A stretch of 64,000 nt of DNA from Synechococcus sp. (GCA_047285805.1 JBJBCN010000002.1:608001-672000); one strand, 5' to 3'. Shown: positions 42,311-54,300, counted from the stretch's first letter. Translations and numbers: made by a program. Notes: generated from the letters alone by a model not told the origin.

Positions 42311-42650
42311 GCCGGCTATCACCAGGTGAAGCCTGCTCCCGACTGAGTCCGCACTGATGTCCAAAGCGTGGCCCGTTCGGCAGATGCTGAACCTCTCCAT
42401 GAACATCAGCTCGACAACCTCGCGGTGCCGTTTCAGGAATATATTCCAACCATTGCGAGGCGCCCAATCGAGGGGCCGGCCTTCGTTTTCAACGTTGGGG
42501 GGGTCAGCACAGTCTGGGCTCTCAAGCAGTCGCATCCTCATGAGATGCTCTGCCTCTTCCATGGCCATCACGCTGGCTTCATTCCAGCCCATCACCGCAC
42601 CGAGCGCCTGCCGAATCAGTGTGCTTGCTTCTGTTTCACGTTTTAGTCAT
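42296..42650 (-). pseudogene. Hypothetical protein gene with a +1 frameshift in the A4 run right after the start
   Basis: AGGAG RBS + ATG ACT AAA A|CGT GAA ACA...; removing one A joins it to the 42296..42595 ORF. Confidence 0.55.
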
Positions 42651-42660
42651 CTGAACTCCT

Positions 42661-42943
42661 CTAGCCGGTCCTGTGTTCAGCCAGGCAAAACACCATCTCG
42701 CCCTTGTCCCTGAGGTAGCGAAGGATCGCCCCACGGATGAACGGTTTCACGTAGCCCCTGGGGTTTGTCGTGGTGGCGTTAGCTCGCCTGGTATGGCCTC
42801 AAGAAACCAATCCATCCCTCCTGGGTGAGGTCATCGATCGACTCACGGAAACTCTTTGCGTAGTGCAAGCCCGTGGCTTGAACGAGAACGCGATGGCGTT
42901 CCAGTTCAGCCTTCAGCAAGATCGTGGATCTGTGTGTCTCCAT
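42661..42943 (-). pseudogene. Degenerate SigF-type (group 3) sigma factor remnant, region 2 only
   Basis: HRVLVQATGLHYA..ESIDDLTQEGWIGFLR then a shifted frame YVKPFIRGAILRYLRDKG; no region 4. Confidence 0.7.
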
Positions 42944-43003
42944 GGCCGACCGACTGACTGGCTCCAGCGATGTGCGGCGGACACGGTTCCGTCATCCGAG
43001 AAT

Positions 43004-43843
43004 TCACGGAGGTACGGCGACGGATTGCAGCAAAGCCAAGGGGCCGTTGGAGCTCAGCCAGGAGCCATCCGAGCTTTCCGTCAGCAGCAGGTATCCCGCA
43101 AAACCCAGGGCATTGACGCTGAACCCGGCTGAGTGTTCCTTGACACGAGAGACGGTCATGAACCAGTCCGGACTGATCAGGAGGTTGTAGGGGGCCAGAG
43201 GCCGCTCCGCAGTGCGTGCAGCCCCAAGGCCCAACTCAGCGGAGTGCGCCTTGTAGAGCTCCTCCAGCTCTTGCGAGACACCTGGGCCTTGACGCTGTGT
43301 ACGCCGGCTGATCCGATAACGCCACGGCCAGCGTCCCTCATCGCCAGAGAGTTGAGCCGCGATCGAGGTGTGCAGAGGGCAGATCGTTTCGTTTAGCTGC
43401 CGAGGCAGCAACTGCAGGTGACGGTGCGGTTGGCTTGCTCCAGCTTCGGCGCAGCTGTTGAAAAACCAAAGCCCTGGTGTCTCGGCATCAACAAGCGCCA
43501 ACTGCAGCCAATCACTCGGCTCAAGCCATCCGGACTGGGGTCGCCACTGCTGGGTAATCAACAGCAGGTGACCGCGCTGAACTGGGAACTTATTGAGCAA
43601 CAAGAGATGGGAGCTTCCGAGACGCTCCACCTCCAGGCGCTGATCCCAAGGCAGAAAGGGATTCGGTTTGGGGCCTTCACGCCGCAGGTGCTTGGGGGTG
43701 GCGGAGATCAAGCGACGCAGTACGAAGGGCTCGCAGCTCTCGATGGGCTCGAGTGCCGTTTGCAGGGGGACAAGGGCGCCATTGGCCTCGGCCACGTCGC
43801 TGCACTGCAGCGCTGCCGTCCCGTAGCGACCAAGACAGCCCAT
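43004..43843 (-). CDS. ATP adenylyltransferase / Ap4A phosphorylase family
   Basis: NPFLPWD, LLNKFPV, FFNSCAEAGASQPHRHLQL, SVNALGFAG. Confidence 0.9.
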   Translation of the reverse strand: MGCLGRYGTAALQCSDVAEANGALVPLQTALEPIESCEPFVLRRLISATPKHLRREGPKPNPFLPWDQRLEVERLGSSHLLLLNKFPVQRGHLLLITQQWRPQSGWLEPSDWLQLALVDAETPGLWFFNSCAEAGASQPHRHLQLLPRQLNETICPLHTSIAAQLSGDEGRWPWRYRISRRTQRQGPGVSQELEELYKAHSAELGLGAARTAERPLAPYNLLISPDWFMTVSRVKEHSAGFSVNALGFAGYLLLTESSDGSWLSSNGPLALLQSVAVPP

Positions 43844-43875
43844 CTCCTCGCCTTTGCGCAGCTCTGATTCAAGCG

Positions 43876-44787
43876 TCACTCCGCGCTCATCCTGCAGACC
43901 CCCCACGCGTCGGGATTATGGCCTGGGGAACCAGCCTGAATGTGCCCGTCCCAGAGTGCGTGACCCGTGCCGCTTAACTGCACTTGATAGCCCTCAAGGA
44001 CCTCACAGCGCATGCCACCACTACGCCGTGACGGCTGCCAGCCATGCAGCGTTCGTTTGCTGAGCTGATCGGCCCACCAGGGCGCTACCAGGGCGTGGGC
44101 TGAACCCGTCACCGGGTCCTCATCGATGCCGAGTCCCGGTGCAAAGAAACGCAGTTGGTAGTCACAGGGGTGGCCAAAGAGGCGCTGTGGACGGTCACCG
44201 GCAAGGGCTTGCATAACAACCAGACCATGACGGTCTGGACCTTGGAGGCGTTCACTCACCCCCGTCAGTGTCGCCAGGGATTGGTCCTCTCCAATGAGGA
44301 CCACCCGATAGCCCAATGTGGACTTCCAATAGCCCTGGGCCTTGCCATTCAGCACCCCAGCTAGGTAGCTCGGGAATGTCTCTGTCACCAGGGGTTCGCT
44401 GGGAAGAACGAAAGACGCCGCCCCCTTGGTTGATGGGTCGACAGAAACCCGAAGGCCGCCACTGCGACTGGCCAGCACCAGCTCCTGGTCGGCATTCATC
44501 AGCCCCCATTGCTGCAAGGCCAAGGTGGACGCCAAGGTGGCGTGGCCACAGAGCGGCACTTCACAGGTGGGCGTAAACCAGCGCAGGCACCACTGACCGT
44601 CTGGATTCCGCCATAGGAAGGCCGTCTCGGACTGCTGCAGGCTGCCGGCAAGGGCCTGCATCCACTCCGACTGGGCCGCTTGAGTGAGTTCCACCACCGC
44701 GGCCCCATTGCCCTGCAGGGGCCCGGCCGCAAACGCCTCAATCAAGACGGCCCGCTGCTCCTGATCCCCTGAAGCCAGCTCGTCCAT
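43876..44787 (-). CDS. PhzF family epimerase/isomerase
   Basis: GNGAAV, SETAF, RWFTPTCEVPLCGHATLA, EDPVTGSAH. Confidence 0.9.
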   Translation of the reverse strand: MDELASGDQEQRAVLIEAFAAGPLQGNGAAVVELTQAAQSEWMQALAGSLQQSETAFLWRNPDGQWCLRWFTPTCEVPLCGHATLASTLALQQWGLMNADQELVLASRSGGLRVSVDPSTKGAASFVLPSEPLVTETFPSYLAGVLNGKAQGYWKSTLGYRVVLIGEDQSLATLTGVSERLQGPDRHGLVVMQALAGDRPQRLFGHPCDYQLRFFAPGLGIDEDPVTGSAHALVAPWWADQLSKRTLHGWQPSRRSGGMRCEVLEGYQVQLSGTGHALWDGHIQAGSPGHNPDAWGVCRMSAE

Positions 44788-44789
44788 CA

Positions 44790-45710
44790 AGACCGATCCC
44801 TGCTCGCCGCGAAGACTTCGTTGCATTAAGGCATGGACGGCCTCCCTCGGACCACAGCGTCCCTCCACCAGGTCCACCAGCCGTTGGCAGATCGGTAGGT
44901 CCAAGCCGTAGCGCTCCCCGACGGCTACGAGAGCCTCCGCTCTTTTTCTGGCCTCCACCGTGGCACCCACCTGCATAAGAGCCTCAGCGCGGCCTTTACC
45001 GCTTTGGCCAGTGCCAGGCCAAAGCGGTAATTCCGGCTCAGGGGCTGTTGGCCGTGGCCCAGAGATCCCCCAGACCCGCTAGCCATACAGGCTCGCCGGC
45101 TCCTCACCGAGACGCTCCAGGACGACCGCCATCTCGGCCGTGCCTCGACAGAGGAGCGTGGCCTTTGCATGCGCCCCGAGTTGGAGCCCATCGCAGACGC
45201 CCCCGGTGATGGCCATCACGTTTTTCAAGGTTCCAGCCAGCTCGACCCCAAGCGGGTCAAAACTCTTATGTAGCCGCAAATGCGGGGAACTCAGCCCTTG
45301 CTGCAGCTGCTGAACGAGCACTGGATCACAGCCCACTAAGACGCTCGTCGCGGGACAGCCCTTGGCCAACTCATCGGCCTAGTTCGGACCGCTTAGAACT
45401 ACGACCTGCATGGTTGGCTGACTGACCAGCCAGAGCTGACTGGCCCTGCACTGGGTCTCCAAATCCAGGCCCATGCTGCAGCTGACCAGTGGCACCTGCT
45501 TTGGACATTGAGGGCCGAGTTCCTGGGCAAGTTCCATCACGCCCTGGAGAGCGGCGGCCACCAGGACCAGATCGGTCCCCTGGATCACATCAAAGGCGAC
45601 CCGCCGCTGTGACGCCTCCAGCTGCGCTCCTGATGGTCCTGGCGCTCCGCGAGATCCGCCAATGTTTGTCCCCAGGCCCCACGACCCAGGACACCAACAG
45701 CGAAGCCCAT
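44790..45710 (-). pseudogene. gpsA: NAD(P)H-dependent glycerol-3-phosphate dehydrogenase pseudogene
   Basis: GRGAWG, SGPN*ADE, GVELAGTLKNVMAI, LAGLGDL, SRNYRFG spread over several frames; one nonsense codon and about four frameshifts. Confidence 0.88.
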
Positions 45711-46090
45711 CAACGGGCTGCGGTGTTGGCCTGGAGCAGCTCCAGGGGAATCACGGACAGGGTTGTGTCCTCGCACGCCTCAAGACGCACTGGCGGCGCC
45801 ATCCCGTCCTGGTAGGCCTCCAGCCAACGGGCCGCACAGACGCACCAGTGATCTCCCGGCTTGAGTCCAGGAAAGTCGTAGTCGGGCATCGGCGTCGTCA
45901 GATCGTTGCCCTGGGCCTTGGAGTAGCTCAGGAATTGCTCATTGACGACACAACACACGCTGTGGCGGCCCAGGTCCGCAGCATTGGTGCGGCAATGTCC
46001 ATCGCGAAACCAGCCGGTCATCGGATCACATCCACACTCCTGCAAGGGCTCTCCAAGAACATTCAGGGCTATGGATTCGGCGTTGCTCAT
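45710..46090 (-). CDS. DUF2237 family protein
   Basis: NVLGEPLQEC, TGWFRDGHC, GLKPGDHWCVCAARW. Confidence 0.9.
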   Translation of the reverse strand: MSNAESIALNVLGEPLQECGCDPMTGWFRDGHCRTNAADLGRHSVCCVVNEQFLSYSKAQGNDLTTPMPDYDFPGLKPGDHWCVCAARWLEAYQDGMAPPVRLEACEDTTLSVIPLELLQANTAAR

Positions 46091-46218
46091 CGTTGGGTTC
46101 GGCCTGTTCACTGCGGAATTAGCGGCTCAATTCTGACGAAGGAGTGGCACAAAACCGTCTGGGAGGTTGACGGGATTGGGGGGGGAGGCGTTAAAGGTCA
46201 TTCAGCCAACCCCCCTAC

Positions 46219-46446
46219 ATGAGCTGGGACTTCACAGAAGACGGAGCCTTCCTGGCCCTCTGCGATGCCTTCAAGGAGAGCGGCGAGAGCTCTGCCATTG
46301 AGTTCTTGGCCAACGGCGAAGGTGCATTCCACTTCCAGGAATTGGCCCAGAATGCGGCTGGTGAAGGTGTCGATCTCTCGGATTCCTCTGATCTGGAATC
46401 GTTCCAGCAAGAGGTGATCGACACCATGGAAAACCTCTGCGGCTGA
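46219..46446 (+). CDS. Conserved acidic hypothetical protein
   Basis: MSWDFTEDGAFLALCDAFKESGE...; host-like codon usage. Confidence 0.75.
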   Translation: MSWDFTEDGAFLALCDAFKESGESSAIEFLANGEGAFHFQELAQNAAGEGVDLSDSSDLESFQQEVIDTMENLCG

Positions 46447-46447
46447 T

Positions 46448-46723
46448 TCAGCTGCCGTAGAAGAACGCCACTTCTTTGTCCTTTAGACCCTCCCAACCGG
46501 CTTCGTTGAGGCGAGCATCGAGGGTCTCTCGGTCGAAATGCTTTGACCCAGTCTTCACGACACGGTTCCTCATTGATTTTTTGACACCGCTCCGGGCCCG
46601 CTTGCTCTCAAGATCCATGACCTCGGTGTAGAGGCTCAGCATCTCCTGGGGGATCGGGCTGCCATCGAGGTCGATGCCTGAAGCGATCGCAGCATCAACT
46701 CCGCCAGGTCCAGCAATGGCCAT
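46448..46723 (-). CDS. DUF4090 family protein
   Basis: GIDLDGSPIP, RARSGVKKSMRNRVV, LKDKEVAFFY. Confidence 0.82.
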   Translation of the reverse strand: MAIAGPGGVDAAIASGIDLDGSPIPQEMLSLYTEVMDLESKRARSGVKKSMRNRVVKTGSKHFDRETLDARLNEAGWEGLKDKEVAFFYGS

Positions 46724-46749
46724 AGTTCAGGGGTGTCAGGCCCTTGACC

Positions 46750-49700
46750 CTAAGCTGAGAAATAACGGGCTTGGCTGTGCAAGGCCACAAGCGCCGTGGT
46801 GCTCTGCTCAGGCTCCAACTGGTCGCTCTCATCCATACTCAGACCGATCCGCTCACTGCCCAGCCAGCGCAGCTGCTGCCGAGAATCGGGGACGTTGGGG
46901 CAGGCCGGATAGCCAAAGGAGTAGCGACTGCCGCGATAGCGCTGGGCCAATACATCCCGTACGGGCATGTCCACTGGATCGGGGTAACCCAATTCCCGAC
47001 GGATGCGCGCGTGGACCCACTCCGCCAAGGCCTCGGCCATTTGAACGCCAAGACCATGGAAGTAGAGGTAATCGATGTACTGGTCACCCTTGAACAGTTC
47101 CTGGGCGAAGGCGGTCGCCCGCGCGCCCATCGTGACGGCTTGCATCGGCAGCACGTCTGATGCACCGCTGGCGACATCGCGGTAGAAGTCGGCGATGCAG
47201 TAGCGGTTACCCGAGCGTTGACGCGGCAGTTCAAACCGGCCCAATTCGCTCTGCGGATGCTCGGGGTCAAACACCACAAGCGCATTGCCGTCGCGGCCGC
47301 ATGGGTAGTAGCCATAGGCCACCCGGGGCGTCAACAGGTCTTCCGAGATACAGCGTTGCTTCCACTGCGCGAGGACGGGCTCCGCCTTCTCCGCCAGCAT
47401 CGCTTCGTAGTCTTCGCGGGACTGCCCTTGGGCCTTGCGGAGCTGCCACTGGCCTGCGAACAGAGCATTGCAATCGAGGAATCCGAAGACCTCCTCAATG
47501 TCAATGGCGTCCTCGAGCAGGACCTGACTACCCAAGAAGGGTGGGGTGAGAGCAGTCTCCTCCGGCACGCTCTCGGAGCGGTCCGTCGATACGGCGACGA
47601 CTGGAGTCTCCACGGAGGCTAGAGCTGAGGCCTCTTCAACGTCAGCACGCTCGTCTGTGTTGACCGCTTCGAGACCGAGGCCTTCGGGAATAGGACCGAG
47701 GAACCCCTTGTCGTTGTCCCACTGCTCCTCTGCCTTGGCCGTCACAAGGGCATCCATAAAGCGAAGATCGGAGAAGGCGTCGCGCCCATAAATGACCTGG
47801 CCGTCGTAGACCTCCCGGCAGTCCTTGTTGACGAACCGGGGGGTGAGGGCAGCCCCGCCAAGGATCACTGGGACGTTGATCCCGGCCTCGTTGAAGGCTG
47901 CGAGGTTGTCCTTCATGAAGGCTGTTGATTTCACCAACAGTCCGCTCATGGCGATGCAATCGGCCTGGTGTTCTTGCTGCGCCTCAATGATGGCTTCAAC
48001 GGGCTGTTTGATGCCCAGGTTGATCACCTCGTAGCCGTTGTTCGTGAGGATGATGTCAACCAGGTTCTTACCGATGTCATGCACGTCACCTTTGACTGTG
48101 GCAATTAGGAACTTGGCCTTGGCTGAGCTCTCACCCTCCACCTTGTCCATCAAGGGCTCGAGGAAGGCCACGGCAGACTTCATCGTCTCGGCGCTTTGCA
48201 GGACGAAAGGCAGCTGCATTTGCCCCGAGCCGAAGAGCTCGCCGACCACCTTCATGCCATCCAGCAGGAAGGTATTGATGATCTGGAGCGGCTTATAGCT
48301 CTCAAGTGCAATCTTGAGCGCATCTACCAAGCCAATGCGCTCACCATCGATGATGTGTTGCTTCAGGCGTTCCTCAATCGGCAGATCGGCCAACGACGGT
48401 CCTGAAGCCCGCGCCTCCTTCGTGGACACGCCTTCGAACAGCGTCGTGAGTTCGGTTAGGGGGTCATAAACGCAAACCCCATTGTCAAAACCCCGGCGGT
48501 CGTGAATAAGGTCGCGGCAAACCTGCTGGTGCTCCTCGCTGATCTTGATCAGCGGCAGGATCTTGGCGGGGCTGACGATCGCCGCATCCATGCCTGCCTC
48601 ACAGCAGTCATGGAGGAAGACGGAGTTGAGGACAATCCGCGCGGCAGGAGAGAGGCCAAAGCTCACGTTGCTGACACCCAGCACCACGTGAACACCAGGC
48701 AGGTTCTCGCGGATCATGCGAATCGCATTCAGTGTCGCCAGTCCGTTCTCCCGGTCTTCTTCGATTCCAGTCGAAATGGGGAGTGCCAGAGGGTCGTAGA
48801 AGATCTCGTGGGCCGGGATGCCGAATTCCAGGGCATCGCGGTAGGCCCGTTGAGCTATCGCAAATTTGCGCTCTGCCGTCCGGGCCATGCCCTCCTCATC
48901 AATGGTCCCGACAACGACACCAGCGCCGTAATCGCGAGCGAGTTCGAGCACCTTGAAGAAGCGCTCGTCGCCGTCCTCGTAGTTGGTGGAGTTGAGGATG
49001 CATTTGCCACCGGCAACCTTGAGGCCGGCCTCCATCTTTTGCCACTCCGTGGAGTCCAGCATCAGGGGAAGGTTGACGTTGGTCACCAGACGGCTCACCA
49101 ACGCGTGCATGTCCGCCTCGCCATCGCGGCCGACGTAGTCGACGTTGACGTCGAGAACGTGGGCGTTCTCCTTCACCTGGCCCCGGGCGACGGAGACCAG
49201 ACCATCCCAGTCTTCTTCTGCGAGCAACTCTCGAACCTTCTTCGAGCCACTGGCGTTGAGGCGTTCACCAATGATCAAGAAGGAGTTGTCCTGCAGATAG
49301 GGCGTGACTCCATAGATCGAGCTGGCTGAGGGCTCGTAGTGAAGGGCCGGTCGTGGGGCCGCAGGATCAAGATCCATGCCGCCGCGGACCGCGCGCTGAG
49401 CTGGCTTGAGTTCCGAGGAGAGCTCAGCCAGGGCGGCGATGTGTGCTGGCGTGGTTCCGCAACAGCCGCCGATGACTTGCACCCCGAGATCTTCAACGAA
49501 GTGCATGAGCTGCATCTTCATTTCGGTGGGGGTGAGCCGGTAATGGGCCACGCCGCCGATGTTTTCCGGTAGACCCGCGTTCGGGATGCAGCTCACCACA
49601 AACGGGCTGTGGGCTGAGAGGTAGCGAACGTGCTCCTTCATCTGCTCGGGGCCCGTCGCGCAGTTCAGGCCAAGCACATCGATAGGGAAGGGCTCAAGAA

Positions 49701-50400
49701 TCGAGACCACCGCTGCGATGTCTGAACCCACCAACATCGTGCCGGTGGTTTCCATGGTCACGCTCACCATCAAGGGCCGGCGTTGACCGGTTGCCGTGAA
49801 TGCCTGCTCGATACCCTGCAACGCCGCCTTGATCTGCAGGACGTCCTGACAGGTTTCGACAATGAAGAGGTCGACGTCTCCGGCGATCAGGCCCTCGGCC
49901 TGGCACGCGAAGGAATCGCGCATCTCGTCGAAACTGATGTGCCCCAAAGAGGGCAGCTTTGTCGTCGGCCCCATGGATCCCGCCACGAACCGTGGCTTCT
50001 CGGGCGTCGAGTAGGCGACGGCCATTTCGCGGGCAAGCTCCGCTGCCCGCTTGTTCAGCTCAAATGCTTTGTCTTGGATGTCGTACTCGGCTAGGACCGT
50101 AGAGGTCGCTCCAAAGGTGTCAGTCTCAATGACATCGCAACCGGCTTCCAGAAACTGGCGATGCACGGCCTGCACTGCATCCGGCCGGGTGAAGACCAGG
50201 TTCTCGTTGCACCCTTCGAGGGCCAGGCCACCAAAATCATCGGCGGTCAGATCCATCTGCTGCAACGAGGTTCCAGTTGCACCGTCGAACACCAACACAG
50301 GCCGCTCAGGGCTGTGCAAGCGCTCCAGGAAGCCAATGCGTTGGGTGGCAAGCATCAGTCGATCAACCGTCGAGGCGGACGCGGCTGACCCAGTGGTCAT
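46750..50400 (-). CDS. metH: B12-dependent methionine synthase
   Basis: [42 protein letters not shown]; start 50400 or slightly downstream. Confidence 0.97.
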   Translation of the reverse strand: MTTGSAASASTVDRLMLATQRIGFLERLHSPERPVLVFDGATGTSLQQMDLTADDFGGLALEGCNENLVFTRPDAVQAVHRQFLEAGCDVIETDTFGATSTVLAEYDIQDKAFELNKRAAELAREMAVAYSTPEKPRFVAGSMGPTTKLPSLGHISFDEMRDSFACQAEGLIAGDVDLFIVETCQDVLQIKAALQGIEQAFTATGQRRPLMVSVTMETTGTMLVGSDIAAVVSILEPFPIDVLGLNCATGPEQMKEHVRYLSAHSPFVVSCIPNAGLPENIGGVAHYRLTPTEMKMQLMHFVEDLGVQVIGGCCGTTPAHIAALAELSSELKPAQRAVRGGMDLDPAAPRPALHYEPSASSIYGVTPYLQDNSFLIIGERLNASGSKKVRELLAEEDWDGLVSVARGQVKENAHVLDVNVDYVGRDGEADMHALVSRLVTNVNLPLMLDSTEWQKMEAGLKVAGGKCILNSTNYEDGDERFFKVLELARDYGAGVVVGTIDEEGMARTAERKFAIAQRAYRDALEFGIPAHEIFYDPLALPISTGIEEDRENGLATLNAIRMIRENLPGVHVVLGVSNVSFGLSPAARIVLNSVFLHDCCEAGMDAAIVSPAKILPLIKISEEHQQVCRDLIHDRRGFDNGVCVYDPLTELTTLFEGVSTKEARASGPSLADLPIEERLKQHIIDGERIGLVDALKIALESYKPLQIINTFLLDGMKVVGELFGSGQMQLPFVLQSAETMKSAVAFLEPLMDKVEGESSAKAKFLIATVKGDVHDIGKNLVDIILTNNGYEVINLGIKQPVEAIIEAQQEHQADCIAMSGLLVKSTAFMKDNLAAFNEAGINVPVILGGAALTPRFVNKDCREVYDGQVIYGRDAFSDLRFMDALVTAKAEEQWDNDKGFLGPIPEGLGLEAVNTDERADVEEASALASVETPVVAVSTDRSESVPEETALTPPFLGSQVLLEDAIDIEEVFGFLDCNALFAGQWQLRKAQGQSREDYEAMLAEKAEPVLAQWKQRCISEDLLTPRVAYGYYPCGRDGNALVVFDPEHPQSELGRFELPRQRSGNRYCIADFYRDVASGASDVLPMQAVTMGARATAFAQELFKGDQYIDYLYFHGLGVQMAEALAEWVHARIRRELGYPDPVDMPVRDVLAQRYRGSRYSFGYPACPNVPDSRQQLRWLGSERIGLSMDESDQLEPEQSTTALVALHSQARYFSA

Positions 50401-51280
50401 AGGCGGGGTCACGCCCTTCGGTGATGGCCGTGAGACGCTCGCGGATGGCATTCATCACGGGGCGCTCGGCACTGAGTTCTGTGGTTTCCACGCGACGGAT
50501 GGGCGTGACCTTGGCCGCGGTGCCGCTCAGAAAGACTTCGTCGGCGATGAACAATTCGCTCTTGTCGACAGGCCGCTCGAAGGTTGGGATGCCCATGGCT
50601 TTGGCCAGCTCCAACACGCTGGAGCGGGTGATGCCCTCCAGGATGTCCTGATCAACACCCGGAGTGATCAGGACACCGTCACGAACCAGGAAGAGGTTCA
50701 TGCCACTGGCCTCGCTCACCTTGCCTCGGCTGTTCAGGAGTAAGGCTTCGTCAAAGCCACTCTTGACGGCCTCGGTCTTAGCCAGGGAGCTCGTGATGTA
50801 GGCGCCGCTGATTTTGCCGCGCAGGGGCAAGGAGCGATCCTCTTGCCGAGTCCAGGAACTAATCCGGCAGCTCACACCTTCTGGGGAGAGGTAGTCACCA
50901 AGCTCAAGCCCGTAGATCAGAAAATCGGTCTCGATGTTGTGGAGTCGGGGGGCAATCCCCAGATCACTCGTATAAACAAAAGGGCGGAGATAGACCGGAC
51001 AGGTCGGTTTGTTGGCGCGTAGGAAGGCGAGAATCGCAGCGTGAATGGTCTCTTCGCTGAGCTCCGTCAGCAGCAGACGGGCACTCTGGCTTAAACGGCG
51101 GGCATGGCGGTCCGCTCGGAACAGAAGGATCTCGTTGGCATCCGCGGGGTTGGGGATGGCACGCATCCCGCCAAACGCACCGGTGCCGTAGTGCAGGGCA
51201 TGGGTGGCGACCGAGAGGGTGGCCTCAGCGAAAGGCACACACTTGCCACCGAACCAGGCGTAGGGCAGGAACTGATGCAT
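50363..51280 (-). CDS. ilvE: Branched-chain amino acid transaminase
   Basis: [34 protein letters not shown]. Confidence 0.93.
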   Translation of the reverse strand: MHQFLPYAWFGGKCVPFAEATLSVATHALHYGTGAFGGMRAIPNPADANEILLFRADRHARRLSQSARLLLTELSEETIHAAILAFLRANKPTCPVYLRPFVYTSDLGIAPRLHNIETDFLIYGLELGDYLSPEGVSCRISSWTRQEDRSLPLRGKISGAYITSSLAKTEAVKSGFDEALLLNSRGKVSEASGMNLFLVRDGVLITPGVDQDILEGITRSSVLELAKAMGIPTFERPVDKSELFIADEVFLSGTAAKVTPIRRVETTELSAERPVMNAIRERLTAITEGRDPAYDHWVSRVRLDG

Positions 51281-51366
51281 GGGGTCGGTGGGGGCGGCCA
51301 CAGCTACAGACGATCTTCTCACTGCCCGGTGACCTAGCGCGAGTGCTGACCCAGCAAGATGGTCCT

Positions 51367-54300
51367 ATGCACCGTCTTGCGGCTGTCCCCGGTAGCCACA
51401 GCCCTGATGACGGGGTCATCTATGTCGAACAGCCAGGTGCCGACCTGGTGGTTCTCTCAAGCGCGGACACCGACCTAGCGACGCTGGCCGCAACGCTGGA
51501 CCGGGAGAGCTTCCCCGCTGGTCAGGGCCGTCAACTCCAGGGCCTGAATCTGGCGAGCCTCCAACACCCCGCGGTGCTGGATCACTACATCCGCACCAGC
51601 CTGAGCGGCACACAACTGGTGTTGATCAGGCTGCTCGGGGGCCGGGGCCATTGGAGTTACGGCCTTGAGCAGTTCCGACTCTGGGCCGAGGCAGCATCGG
51701 ACCGGCATCTATTGGTTATGGCCGGCACCGCCGATGAAGACGAGGCTTTGGCCTCCCTTAGCAACGTCCCGGCTGCCCTGGCTGTCGCCTGCAGCCAATG
51801 CCTGAGAGAAGGGGGCACCGACAACCTACTGGCGGTGCTCAAGAGCCTGGGCTCGTTCCTCGACCACGGTGGGGTGTCCCTTCCTGCAGCCCAGGCCGTT
51901 GAAGATCCCAAGGCCTATGACTGGCGAGGGGAGTCCGGCCCACGGGTGGGCGTCATCCTGTATCGCGCGCTTCTGCAATCGGGGGATCTGACGCTGGCGG
52001 AGGCCCTCCTCTCCGGCCTCAGGGCCCAGGGCTTAGCCCCCCGGGCGTTGTGGGTCAGCAGCCTTCGGGATACGGCGGTCCAGCGGGGAGTGCTGGATCT
52101 GCTGCAACGGGAACAGGTGGACGCCGTGCTCTGTACGACCTCGTTCGCTTCGGTCCAATCCGCTGAGGCTGGCCTGGGGGCGCCCCTCTGGGAGGAGCTC
52201 GGCGCGCCGGTCTTTCAGGTGCTGTGCAGCACCCAGTCCGCTGCGGCCTGGCAGGCCAGTCCGGTGGGGCTGGCCTCCCTCGATCTGACACTTCAGATCG
52301 CGATGCCCGAGCTGGACGGACGCATCACGACGCGAGTCGGCGCCTTCAAAGAGCTCGAGCAGGCCGACGAGCGCCTCGCCACCGGACTGCATCGCTACGT
52401 CCCAGCAAAGGAGCGCCTAGCGTGGGTCAGCGAACTGATTTGGCGTTGGTGTGACCTGCGGGCCACTCCCCCAGAGGAACGTCGTCTGGCGCTCGTGCTG
52501 GCGAATTACCCGACTCGCAACGCACGTCTTGCCAATGGCGTCGGGCTCGACACCCCAGCCAGTGTGAGATCTATGCTCGCCTGGCTGCAGGACGCTGGCT
52601 ACAGCCTCGGGGCAGAAATCCCCGGCGATGGCGACGCGCTGATTGCAGGCTTGCTCGCCGGCCGGACCAACGATCCAGAGAGCAGCCACCTAAAGGCCGC
52701 GGACCATCTCCAGCTGCAGACCTATTTGGAGTGGTATGCCGCGCTTCCCAGTGCCGCCCGCCAAAGCCTCGAGGCCCAATGGGGGGAACCGCAACAGGAC
52801 CCGTCCCTCGAGCGGGATGGATTTCCAATCCATGGACTGCGTCTCGGAAACGTGGTCGTGATGATCCAGCCCTCCCGTGGCTACGAGAGGGATCCCAGCC
52901 TGAGCTATCACTCTCCGGATCTGGCTCCCACTCATCACTACCTGGCCCATTACCTCTGGCTGGCCCAAGCCGCCCGGGTGCAGGTGGTTTGCCACGTCGG
53001 GAAGCACGGCAACCTCGAATGGCTGCCCGGGAAGGGGCTGGGACTCTCCGGCAGCTGCTTCCCGGAGTTGGCCCTGGGGCCCATGCCCCACCTCTATCCC
53101 TTCATCGTGAACGACCCGGGTGAAGGCTCCCAGGCCAAGCGGCGCGCCCAAGCTGTGATCCTCGATCACCTCACCCCCCCTCTCGGTCGAGCGGGTCTGC
53201 ACGGAGATCTGCGGGAGATTGAGGCGCTGATCGACGAGTACTGGGAAGCGGTGCAACTCGGGAGTGCCCGCAGTGAGGGGCTCCGTGCAGAGATCCTTCA
53301 ACAGCTCAGTGCTTCGGAGCTCGAGGGGGTCCTGGCGAGCGGCGAGGGGGATGACCCCTTGGATGCGGCCGATGGCTATCTCTGTGAGCTCAAGGAAGCG
53401 CAGATCCGCACTGGTTTGCATCGCTTTGGCTCCTTACCTGCCCCCGATGCCCGTGCGGAATTACTGGCCTGCTTGGCGCGACCTCCGCAACAGAACGGCC
53501 TCGGCCTGACTCAGGCCTTGGCGCGCGATGCGCAACTGCGCCTGGATCCCTGGGCTGACCCCGAAGAACATACGCTTGAGGCTGCCGATCAGGACCGCCT
53601 GATCGCCCTTGGGCTGGAGCAACCCCGTCGTTGTGGCGATGCAGTGGAGTGGCTCGAAGAGCAGGCCCTGGATCTCTGCCAAGCCCTCTTGGCTGGTGCC
53701 ACGGCATTCCCGGCGATTGGTAGGCACACCGAGGCGGTGATCCAGCGCCTTCAGCAGGAGTTGGTGCCGAACCTGCTGCACTGCGGAGTAGCCGAACAAT
53801 CGGCGTTCATGCGTGGTGTTGCCGGGCAGCGCATCGCAGCCGGTCCCTCCGGAGCCCCAACCCGAGGGCGTCCGGACCTCCTGCCAACGGGCCGCAATTT
53901 CTACAGCGTGGATTTGCGTGGTCTGCCAACGGAAGCCGCCTGGGATCTGGGACGCCGGAGCGCGGAATTGCTCGCGGAGCAACACCTCATGGAGGAAGGG
54001 GAACCACTACGCCACCTCGGCCTGTCGGTCTGGGGCACCAGCACGATGCGCAATGGCGGGGAAGACATCGCACAGGCCCTGGCGCTCATGGGTGTGAGGC
54101 CGATCTGGGATGGTCCCAGCCGCCGGCTCGTGGACATCGAATTGATTCCACTTTCTACCTTGGGGCGCCCCAGGGTGGATGTGACCCTGCGAATCTCCGG
54201 GTTGTTCCGCGACGCCTTCCCCCAACTGGTGGGTTGGGTAAACCAGGCGACCGCCCTCGTCGCTGCAGTCGAGGAAGACAAAGATGCGAATCCCCTCGCT

